DNA from: Gaiellaceae bacterium
GTDB taxonomy: Bacteria > Actinomycetota > Thermoleophilia > Gaiellales > Gaiellaceae
DNA length: 64,000 nt
Assembly (NCBI GenBank): GCA_035698025.1
Contig: DASSCF010000069.1
Span: 4,656 to 68,655, forward strand
Reading direction: 5' to 3'
Below the pieces are notes generated by a model that did no database searches, had not been told where the DNA came from, and was given only the letters and a program-made list of their open reading frames with translations. Below, in pieces: positions 46,040 through 55,622 of the stretch. The translations under genes were made by a program, and so were the position numbers. Positions within the stretch are counted from its first letter, which is position 1, and the number at the start of each line of letters is the position of its first letter.

Positions 46040-47026
46040 CTAGCTGCGCGGCGCCGCCAGGGCGTCCAGCAGCTGGCCGCGCTCGGCGGCCAGCCAGCGC
46101 TCGGCGTCGAGCGCCGCCATGCATCCGGACCCGGCCGCGGTGACGGCCTGCCGGTAGACGTCGTCCTGCACGTCGCCCGCGGCGAACACGCCGGGGATGT
46201 TGGTCTCGGTCGTCTTCCCCCTGGTGATCAGGTAGCCCGACTCGGGATCCATGTCGAGCTGGCCCTTGAAGAGCTCCGTCGTCGGGTCGTGCCCGATGGC
46301 GACGAAGAAGCCCTCGGCCGGGATGTCGCTGGTCTCGTCCGTCTTCAGATTGCGGACGCGGACGCCGGTGACGAGGCCGTCTCCCAGCACCTCCTCGACC
46401 ACGGAGTCGAGGACGAACTCGATCTTCTCGGTCGCGCGGGCGCGGTCGACCATGATCGGCGACGCCCGGAAGACGTCGCGCCGATGGACGACCGTGACCT
46501 TCGAGGCGAACTTCGCCAGAAAGGTGGCCTCCTCCATCGCGGAGTCGCCGCCGCCGACGATCACCACGTCCTTGTCGCGGAAGAACGCCGCGTCGCACAC
46601 GGCGCAGTACGAGACGCCGCGTCCCTGGAGGGTGCGCTCGGACTCGAGCCCGAGCTGGCGGGCGTTCGCGCCGGTCGCGACGATGACCGTCTCGGCCCGG
46701 TACTCGTCCTCGCCGACCCAGACGCGGAAGGGCCGCTCGGAGAAGTCGACCTTCGTCACGTCGTCGGTGATGAACTCCGCGCCGAAGCGCTCGGCCTGCT
46801 TCCGGAACTCCTGCATCATCTCCGGGCCGAGCACGCCGGCGGGGTAGCCGGGGTAGTTCTCGACGTCGCTCGTGATCATCAGCTGGCCGCCCCAGTTGAC
46901 CCCTTCGATCACCAGCGGGGACATGTTCGCGCGGGCGGTGTAGAGGGCAGCGGTGTAGCCGGCAGCTGCCCCGCCGATCACGATCACCTCGCGTACGTCT
47001 GTGCTCACGTCGTTCCTCTCTGTCAC
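46040..47026 (-). CDS. trxB: thioredoxin reductase
   Basis: Motifs VIVIGGAAAGYTAALY, the redox centre CAVCDAAFF, VVIVGGGDSAMEEA and FAAGDVQD. Confidence 0.95.
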   Translation of the reverse strand: MTERNDVSTDVREVIVIGGAAAGYTAALYTARANMSPLVIEGVNWGGQLMITSDVENYPGYPAGVLGPEMMQEFRKQAERFGAEFITDDVTKVDFSERPFRVWVGEDEYRAETVIVATGANARQLGLESERTLQGRGVSYCAVCDAAFFRDKDVVIVGGGDSAMEEATFLAKFASKVTVVHRRDVFRASPIMVDRARATEKIEFVLDSVVEEVLGDGLVTGVRVRNLKTDETSDIPAEGFFVAIGHDPTTELFKGQLDMDPESGYLITRGKTTETNIPGVFAAGDVQDDVYRQAVTAAGSGCMAALDAERWLAAERGQLLDALAAPRS

Positions 47027-47120
47027 GGATTTCTCTCTACGTTTCTTAACGTCTGAACCGGCTTTGCTGTTCCGATTGTGTAGCGTCTGAGCCGCAGGGG
47101 AAACCTACTAGGCCCGAGAG

Positions 47121-48263
47121 ATGGCACGAACCGTCACCTGGGACGAGCTCCGCGATCTTGCCGGCTTCCAGGCCGAGCAGGGCGTTGCGATCAGCGTCTA
47201 CCTCGACCTCGATCCCAGCTCGCTTCACGCCGCCGGCGACGCGCAGACACGTCTGAACTCCCTCCTCGACGAGGCCGCGAAACGCAACGGTGCCGGCAAG
47301 CGGGAGCTCACGCACCAGCAGCGGCTCGCCCTCCGTGAGGACTTCGACCGCATCCGGCGATTCTTCGACGCCGAGTTCGAGCGCGAGGGCGCGCACGGGC
47401 TCGCCATCTTCTGCGCCGGGCTCGACAACGTCTGGCGGACGCTTCCGCTCACCGAGGTCGTGCCGGACGAGATCCGGGTGCGCGACAGCCTCTACCTCGC
47501 GCCGCTGGTGCCGCTGGTCGGGCGGGGCGAGGGCGCCCTCGTCCTCGTCGTGAGCCGCGAGCAGGGGCGGTTCTACCGGCTGCGCGCGGGGAAGCTCGAG
47601 GACCTGGCCGACTACACCGAGGAGCAGCCCCGGCGCCACGACCAGGGTGGCTGGGCGCAGTCGCGCCTCCAGCGCCACGCCGACGAGCTTGCCCAGGATC
47701 ATCTGCGCCGTGTCGCCGAGGTGCTCGACAAGCTCGTGCGCCGCCTACACGGCCCGCGCGTGGTCGTCGTAGCCTCCGAGGAAACGGGCGCCGAGTTCCT
47801 CGACCTCGTCGCCCACGAGACGCGTGCCGTCGTAGCGGGCACCGTCCACGCCGAGGCCCACGCGCAGCCGCGGGAGCTCCTGGAGGCCGCGGTGCCGGCG
47901 CTCGAGCGCTGGCGCGCCGAGCGCGAGCGCGAAGTCGTCGAGCACTGGGCCGAGGAGCACGGCCGGAACGGCCGCGGCGCCGCCGGCTGGGCGGCGGTGC
48001 TCGAGGCGGCCTCCGACGGTCGCGTCGAGCTCCTCCTCTTCGGCGAGGGTGCCAACCACCCGGCCAGGCGCTGCCCCGCGTGCGGCCGGCTCCAGCTCGA
48101 CGGCTCCAAGTGCCCGCTGGACGGGAACCAGCTCGAGGAGTCCGAGGACGGCCTCGATCTCGCCATCCACCAGACGCTCGCCCACGGGGGAACGATCTGG
48201 GCCGTGCGCGGCCGCGACGACCTCGCCGCGGTCGCCGGCGTCGGCGCCCTCCTCCGCTTCTAG
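47121..48263 (+). CDS. bacterial eRF1/Pelota-like protein (baeRF; Vms1/Ankzf1-type peptidyl-tRNA hydrolase family)
   Basis: Three-domain layout. The central loop HDQGGWAQSRLQRH sits where eRF1 has GGQ. A C-terminal zinc-ribbon insert reads CPACGRLQLDGSKCPLDG. Confidence 0.65.
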   Translation: MARTVTWDELRDLAGFQAEQGVAISVYLDLDPSSLHAAGDAQTRLNSLLDEAAKRNGAGKRELTHQQRLALREDFDRIRRFFDAEFEREGAHGLAIFCAGLDNVWRTLPLTEVVPDEIRVRDSLYLAPLVPLVGRGEGALVLVVSREQGRFYRLRAGKLEDLADYTEEQPRRHDQGGWAQSRLQRHADELAQDHLRRVAEVLDKLVRRLHGPRVVVVASEETGAEFLDLVAHETRAVVAGTVHAEAHAQPRELLEAAVPALERWRAEREREVVEHWAEEHGRNGRGAAGWAAVLEAASDGRVELLLFGEGANHPARRCPACGRLQLDGSKCPLDGNQLEESEDGLDLAIHQTLAHGGTIWAVRGRDDLAAVAGVGALLRF

Positions 48264-48266
48264 CTT

Positions 48267-50171
<1,905 letters not shown>

Positions 50172-50236
50172 GCCGTGTCCCCACCCGAGTATAGGAGCGA
50201 CCGGCCATATTCAGACCCCGGGCGGGGCCGCGAGGT

Positions 50237-51334
50237 CTAGGCGGCGTCCGCCGCGCGGGGGAGCTCGGCGAGCTCGACGCGCGGTGTCTCGGGGAGCTCC
50301 GACTCGGCCGCCCGTTCGAGCTTCGTCTCGAACCGGGAGAGCCGCTTCTCGGAGTCGCCGTACTTCGTCTGCGCGTTGCCGAGGTGCTTCCCGAGCAGGT
50401 CGAAGTCCGTCTTGAACTTGTCGAAGTCGCGCTGGAGGTCGGCGACGTACGCCATGACCTCGCGGGCATGCTCCTCGATCTGCAAGCCCCTGAAGCCCTG
50501 CGCGAGGGTGAGGAGGTACGCGTAGAAGGAGCCCGGCGAGACCGGGATCACCTTGCGCCGATGCGCATGGTCGATCGGGTTCGCGTCGCCCCCGATCCGG
50601 TTGCAGACCAGCTCGTAATAGACGCCCTCGGTGGGCAGGTACATGAAGGCGAACTCGCAGGTTCCCTCCTCGGGGCGGATGTACTTGGACGCGATCGCGT
50701 CGATGTGCCCTTTCACGTCGCGCGCGAACGCGCGGGCGTGCGTCTCCCGCGCCTGGTCGTCCTCCGCCTCGACGAAGCGCTGGAAGTTGTCCTGCGGGTA
50801 CTTCGCGTCGATCGGGATCAGCATCCCGTCCAGCCGGATGACCGCGTCCACCCGCTCGCCGCTCGTGAACCCGTGCTGGAGCGAGAACTTGTCCGCCGGA
50901 AGCACGTCCGCGAGGAGCCGCTGGAGCATCTGCTCGCCGACCCCGCCGCGTGCCTTGGGCGGGCGCAGGAGCTGCTCGAAGCGCTGGAAGTCCTTTGCGC
51001 GCTCGCTCATCTGCGCGGTCGCTTCGTCGACCTTGCCGAGCCGCTCGTGGATCTTCGTGGACGTCTCCGTCATCCCGGCCAGGCGGCTGTCGACCCGGAG
51101 GTCGAGCTCGCCGAGGCGCCTGTCCACCTTCGTGTCGAGCTCGCCGAAGCGACGGTCCATCGTCTCGGTCATGCCGGCCAGCCGTCGGTCGATGTCGGCG
51201 GTGCGGCCCGCGAGCTGGTCGGCGTTCTCGGCGCGCAGGCCCGTGAGCTCGGCCCGCAGCACGCGGACGAGCCAGACCGCGCCGGCGGCAAGGGCACCGG
51301 CCACGAACACGAGGATGACAAGGGTCCCGGTCAT
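50237..51334 (-). CDS. rmuC: DNA recombination protein RmuC
   Basis: An N-terminal TM helix plus coiled coil, then the RmuC nuclease-like core (DAVIRLDG..IPIDAKYP, FAFMYLPTEGVY). Confidence 0.85.
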   Translation of the reverse strand: MTGTLVILVFVAGALAAGAVWLVRVLRAELTGLRAENADQLAGRTADIDRRLAGMTETMDRRFGELDTKVDRRLGELDLRVDSRLAGMTETSTKIHERLGKVDEATAQMSERAKDFQRFEQLLRPPKARGGVGEQMLQRLLADVLPADKFSLQHGFTSGERVDAVIRLDGMLIPIDAKYPQDNFQRFVEAEDDQARETHARAFARDVKGHIDAIASKYIRPEEGTCEFAFMYLPTEGVYYELVCNRIGGDANPIDHAHRRKVIPVSPGSFYAYLLTLAQGFRGLQIEEHAREVMAYVADLQRDFDKFKTDFDLLGKHLGNAQTKYGDSEKRLSRFETKLERAAESELPETPRVELAELPRAADAA

Positions 51335-51522
51335 GGGCCGACGAACAGTAGAGGCGGGCTCGGACGGCGCGCCCGTAAGGCCCGTTAAAACGCCAAATCC
51401 GGCGAGCCCGAGGGCTTACCGGATCTGGCAGGCGCGAGCCTATCGCCGCTTCGCGGAGCCCGTCAAGCGGCCCGAGGCAGAAGTCTTCGCAAAGAGCATG
51501 TTTTTTCGGTAGAACCCCTCAG

Positions 51523-52446
51523 ATGCGCCGTCCCGTCACCGTCGCGTGCGTCCAGGTCCAGCCGGTCGTGCTCGACCGCGAGGCGACGCTCGACCGCCTC
51601 GCCGAGCGCACGGCCGAGGCCGCGGGCGCCGGCGCCGAGCTCGTGGTCTTCCCCGAGGCGTTCCTCCCGGCCTATCCGTCCTCCGTCTGGGCCAAGTACC
51701 TCGCGGGCTGGGCGGATCCGCGGGCGAAGGCGGCGTTCGCACGGCTCGCCCAGGAGTCGGTGGAGGTCCCCGGCCCGGCGGCGGACCGGCTCGGCGAGGT
51801 CGCGCGCGAGCACGGCGTTTGGCTGGTCACGGGGATCACCGAGATCGACCCGCAGCGGCCCGGGACGCTCTACAACACACTCCTCTACCACGACTCGGAG
51901 GGGCGGCTCGCGCTCCACCACCGCAAGCTCGTGCCCACGAACCACGAGCGGCTCGTCTGGGGCCCGGGCGACGGCCGTGGGCTGCGGGCGATCGAGACCG
52001 ACCTCGGCCGGCTCGGCGGGCTGATCTGCTGGGAGAACTACATGCCGCTCGCACGCTTCGCCCTCTACGAGTCCGGCATCGAGCTCTACATCGCGTCGAC
52101 GGCCGACGACTCGGACGAGTGGCAGGCGACGCTCGTCCACATCGCACGCGAGTCGCGCGCGTTCGTCATCGCTCCGTGCCATTACCAGCGCGCCGACGCC
52201 TACCCGGACGACTTCCCGCTCCGCGAGGCCTTCGACGGCATCGAGGTCGTCGGCCGCGGAGGTAGTGCGATCCTCGGGCCCGACGGCGCCTACCTTGCCG
52301 GGCCGCTCTACGACGAGGAGGGCATCCTCTACGCGGAGCTCGACCCGCTGCGCCTCCACGAGGAGCGCCAGCGCTTCGACCCCTCCGGCCACTACCACCG
52401 CCCCGACGTCCTCAGGCTCGAAGTCAACGCGCCGGCCGAGGAGTGA
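51523..52446 (+). CDS. nitrilase / carbon-nitrogen hydrolase family protein
   Basis: The Glu-Lys-Cys triad contexts are FPEAF, HRKLVPT and LICWENYMP. Confidence 0.88.
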   Translation: MRRPVTVACVQVQPVVLDREATLDRLAERTAEAAGAGAELVVFPEAFLPAYPSSVWAKYLAGWADPRAKAAFARLAQESVEVPGPAADRLGEVAREHGVWLVTGITEIDPQRPGTLYNTLLYHDSEGRLALHHRKLVPTNHERLVWGPGDGRGLRAIETDLGRLGGLICWENYMPLARFALYESGIELYIASTADDSDEWQATLVHIARESRAFVIAPCHYQRADAYPDDFPLREAFDGIEVVGRGGSAILGPDGAYLAGPLYDEEGILYAELDPLRLHEERQRFDPSGHYHRPDVLRLEVNAPAEE

Positions 52447-53600
52447 GCACCGGCCGCCCCGCGCTCGCGCCGCGCAGCGACTTCCCGGTGCTCGAGGAGG
52501 TCGTCTACCTGAACACGGGGTCGATCGGGCTCGAGTCGCTGCCGGTGCAGCGGGCCGGGGAGGAGCTCGGGCGTCAGATCGCCGGGCGCGGGACGGTCGG
52601 GTTCGACGACGAGGTCGAGGAGCGCGTCGGCGACATCCCGCGCGCCGCGGCCGCACGGCTCCTCGGGGCCGACCCGGACGACGTCGCCGTCGTCACGCAC
52701 GCGACCGAGGCGCTCTGCCAGGTCGCCTGGTGGCTCCGCCCGGGCGAGGGGAAGAACGTCGTGTCGGCCGATCTGGAGTTCCCGAGCGTCACCTATCCGT
52801 GGCTGCGGATCGCGCGGGACACGGGCGTCGAGGTGCGCCTCGCGCCCGCCCTCGACGACCCCGCCTCGTTCTCGCTCGACACGGTCGCCGCCGTGGTCGA
52901 CCAGGACACCGAGGTCATCTGCATCAGCCACGTCCAGTACGCGACGGGCCACCGGCTCGACCCGGCCGGGCTCGTCGAGCTGGCGCGCTCGGTGGGCGCC
53001 GTTCTCGTCCTCGACGCGACGCAGTCGGCGGGCGTCGTCCCGCTGGACGCCCCCTCGCTCGGCGTCGACGTGGTCGTCTCGTCGGGCTACAAGTGGCTCT
53101 GCTCGGCTCCCGGTGCGGGGATCTGCCACCTGCGCCGCGAGCTGTGGGAGCGCATGGATCCGCCGTTCGTCGGCTGGAAATCGACGGAGGACATGTTCGC
53201 GTTCGACGCAGGGACCATCCCGCTCGCGAACGCGGCCCGCAGGCTCGAGTACTCGACGCCGTCGTATGCGGCCGGCGCGGCGCTGACCGCCGCGGTCGAC
53301 TATCTGCTGGAGCTCGGGATCGAGAACGCGCTCGAGCACGACCTCGCGCTTGCCGGCGAGCTGCGCGACGGGCTCGAGCGACTGGGCGCCGAGGTGCTGA
53401 CCCCGGCCGAGGACGACCGTCGCGCCGGCATCGTCATCGCCCGCTTCCCGGGGCGGGAGGGGCCGGATGTCGCCGCGCGGCTCGCCGACGCAGGGGTGAT
53501 CGTCTCCCCGCGGCTCGGCGCCGTCCGCTTCTCGCTGCACGTCTTCAACGACTCCGGCGACGTCGAGCGGGCGCTCGCGGCCCTCGGAGAGATTCTCTGA
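52443..53600 (+). CDS. class V aminotransferase / cysteine desulfurase-like PLP enzyme
   Basis: PLP-Lys context SSGYKWL and the motif LDATQSAG. GTGA overlap with the nitrilase stop. Confidence 0.85.
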   Translation: MSTGRPALAPRSDFPVLEEVVYLNTGSIGLESLPVQRAGEELGRQIAGRGTVGFDDEVEERVGDIPRAAAARLLGADPDDVAVVTHATEALCQVAWWLRPGEGKNVVSADLEFPSVTYPWLRIARDTGVEVRLAPALDDPASFSLDTVAAVVDQDTEVICISHVQYATGHRLDPAGLVELARSVGAVLVLDATQSAGVVPLDAPSLGVDVVVSSGYKWLCSAPGAGICHLRRELWERMDPPFVGWKSTEDMFAFDAGTIPLANAARRLEYSTPSYAAGAALTAAVDYLLELGIENALEHDLALAGELRDGLERLGAEVLTPAEDDRRAGIVIARFPGREGPDVAARLADAGVIVSPRLGAVRFSLHVFNDSGDVERALAALGEIL

Positions 53601-54463
53601 GCGGACTCAGGCGGCTCGCGGCGGCGCCCGCGCCGCTGCTCGTCCTCGGCGCGGCGCTCTCCGTCCAGTCCGGCGCCGCCCTGGCCACGAGCGCGTTCGA
53701 CCAGGTCGGCGCGCTCGGTTTCGTCTGGATCCGCGTCGCGCTTGCCGCCGTGATCCTCGTAGCCGTCAACTTTGCGGCCCTGCGCCGGACAGGGCGGTTG
53801 CCCCTCACCTGGGTGCTCGCGTCGGGCGCGGCCATCGCCGTGATGAACGGCTGCTTCTACCAGGCGATCGACCGGATCCCGCTTGGCCTCGCGACGACGG
53901 TCGAGTTCCTGGGGCCGCTCGCGGTCGCCGTCATCGGCTCGCGTCGCGCGGTCGACTTCCTCTGGGTCGGCCTGGCCGGGGCGGGCGTCGCGCTCCTGGG
54001 CAGCCCCAGCGTCGATCTCGACCCCGTGGGGCTCGCGTGGGCGTTCGGCGCGGCGGTCGCCTGGGCGGCGTACATCCTGCTCGCCAAGCGGATGCTCCAG
54101 GACTGGCCGATCGGGACCGGGCTGGCCGTCTCCCTCGGCGTGGCGGCCGTCCTCCTGGCGCCGTTCGGGATCGCGGGCGGCGGCGCCGCCCTCCTCGAAC
54201 CGGCCGTCCTCGCCACGGGGCTCGCGGTCGCCGTGCTCGGCTCCGCGCTCCCCTTCACGCTCGAGCTCGCGGCCCTGCGCAAGCTGTCCACGGCCACATT
54301 CGGGATCCTGCTGAGCCTGGAGCCCGTCGTGGCCGCGATCGTCGGCGCCGTCGCGCTGTCGCAGGTGCCGGGCGCGATCGAGTGGGTGGCGATCTTCTGC
54401 GTGGTCGTCGCCTCGGCCGGCGCCAGCCTCGGCGCCCGGCGGGAGGTTCCGCCCGAGATCTAG
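53597..54463 (+). CDS. EamA/DMT-family transporter
   Basis: Ten hydrophobic helices in two EamA-like halves. The proposed CTG 53597 start overlaps the upstream TGA (CTGA). The first canonical start, GTG 53750, would delete helix 1. Confidence 0.78.
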   Translation: MSGLRRLAAAPAPLLVLGAALSVQSGAALATSAFDQVGALGFVWIRVALAAVILVAVNFAALRRTGRLPLTWVLASGAAIAVMNGCFYQAIDRIPLGLATTVEFLGPLAVAVIGSRRAVDFLWVGLAGAGVALLGSPSVDLDPVGLAWAFGAAVAWAAYILLAKRMLQDWPIGTGLAVSLGVAAVLLAPFGIAGGGAALLEPAVLATGLAVAVLGSALPFTLELAALRKLSTATFGILLSLEPVVAAIVGAVALSQVPGAIEWVAIFCVVVASAGASLGARREVPPEI

Positions 54464-55098
54464 ACCCCGCCGCCTCCGCAGCCGCCGCCCCCGCCGCCGT
54501 CCCCACCAAAGCCGCCGCCGTCACCGCCGAAACCCCCGTCGCCTCCGAACCACCCGCCGCCGTCACCGCCGACGACGCCGGTGCCCTCGCCGGGGCCTGA
54601 ATCGCGCAGCGTGTCGATGTCCTCGGGCGTCCACTGCTGGCCGTCCTGGAGGCCGAGCTCGCCGTCGAGCGCGAACAGGAACGGGATCCCCACGTAACCC
54701 GGCACCATCGGCTCGCGCTCCGTGGTCAGGAGCGTGCGGCGCAGCGGCCCCGGCATCGCCTCGTCCATCGTCTCCTCGGGGCTGTGGTGCAGGTAGTAGC
54801 CGAACGCCTCGTCGCAGAAGGACTGGTACTCGCGGGTCATGAGGATGAACTCGTGCCACGCGATGTCCACTGCCCGCGAGGGCATCCCGAGTGTCTTTCC
54901 GTCCGCATAGAGGCACGCCACGAACCACGTGCGGAGGCCGTCGAGGACGAGCGAGATCTGGCTCCCGCTCAGGTCGAGGTCGGGATGGGCCTCGAGCTTC
55001 TCCCGGAGCGCCGGGGGAAACGAGTAGCTCTCGATGTAGATTCGGCGCCGTTCGAGCTCGGCCTGGCGGCGCGAGGAGCGACCGAAGAGCGAAAACAT
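54460..55098 (-). CDS. GRDP-like domain protein with Gly-rich, Cys-containing C-terminal tail
   Basis: The core VDIAWHEFILMTREYQSFC resembles the glycine-rich-domain-protein (DUF1399-like) motif. The tail is GGDGGGWFGGDGGFGGDGGGFGGDGGGGGGCGGGGV. Confidence 0.65.
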   Translation of the reverse strand: MFSLFGRSSRRQAELERRRIYIESYSFPPALREKLEAHPDLDLSGSQISLVLDGLRTWFVACLYADGKTLGMPSRAVDIAWHEFILMTREYQSFCDEAFGYYLHHSPEETMDEAMPGPLRRTLLTTEREPMVPGYVGIPFLFALDGELGLQDGQQWTPEDIDTLRDSGPGEGTGVVGGDGGGWFGGDGGFGGDGGGFGGDGGGGGGCGGGGV

Positions 55099-55128
55099 CG
55101 TGCCGAAAGGGTATCCCCGCGCCGGGGG

Positions 55129-55548
55129 TCAGCCCAAGCGCGTCGATCCGTCCTCGGCGATCGTCCACCCGGGGTTGTGGGCGACCTCCCACGGATGCCC
55201 CTCGGTGTCGACGAAAACGCCCGAGTAGCCGCCCCAGAACGTCGGCGCGCCCGCCCTCGCGATCGTGCCGCCGGCCTGCTCGACCTCGAGGAGCACGGCG
55301 TCCACCTCCTCGGGCGAGCGCACGTTGTGGGCCAGCGTGATGCCGCCCCAGCCGCCCTCGTCGAGCGCGACGCTGTCCTCGGCCAGCTCGGCGCGCCCCC
55401 AGAGCGCGACGATCATGCCGCCGGCCTGGAAGAAGACGACGTCGTCGCCCGGCTGCGCCCCAGTCGTCCACCCGAGCGCCTCGTAGAAGGCCCGCGCCCG
55501 CTCGAGGTCGACGACGCCGAGCGTGACGAGGCTGACCCGTTGCTCCAT
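55129..55548 (-). CDS. VOC (glyoxalase/bleomycin-resistance) family protein
   Basis: 139 aa. Motifs VSLVTLGVVDLERARAFYEALGW and D.EGHPWEV, the typical VOC fold pattern. Confidence 0.85.
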   Translation of the reverse strand: MEQRVSLVTLGVVDLERARAFYEALGWTTGAQPGDDVVFFQAGGMIVALWGRAELAEDSVALDEGGWGGITLAHNVRSPEEVDAVLLEVEQAGGTIARAGAPTFWGGYSGVFVDTEGHPWEVAHNPGWTIAEDGSTRLG

Positions 55549-55622
55549 CGGGCCGAGCCTACCACCGCGAACACATGTTCGCTATGCTGACCGGCGGGCC
55601 TTCTACCCTCAACGGCCCTTAG

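Noticed and set aside
51335-51522. 188-bp divergent spacer between rmuC and the nitrilase gene examined for a structured leader
   Set aside because: It contains only short imperfect hairpins and matches no riboswitch class I know. It probably just holds two promoters.
52265-54463. 732-aa ORF implying a large protein ending in the EamA domain
   Set aside because: The first ~440 aa are an Arg-rich alternative-frame read of the nitrilase and aminotransferase genes. Only the last 288 aa form a transporter.
54470-54600. Repetitive GCC/GCCG tract considered as a possible tandem-repeat or CRISPR-like array
   Set aside because: It is the minus-strand coding sequence of a Gly-rich protein tail. There is no repeat-spacer organisation and no cas genes.
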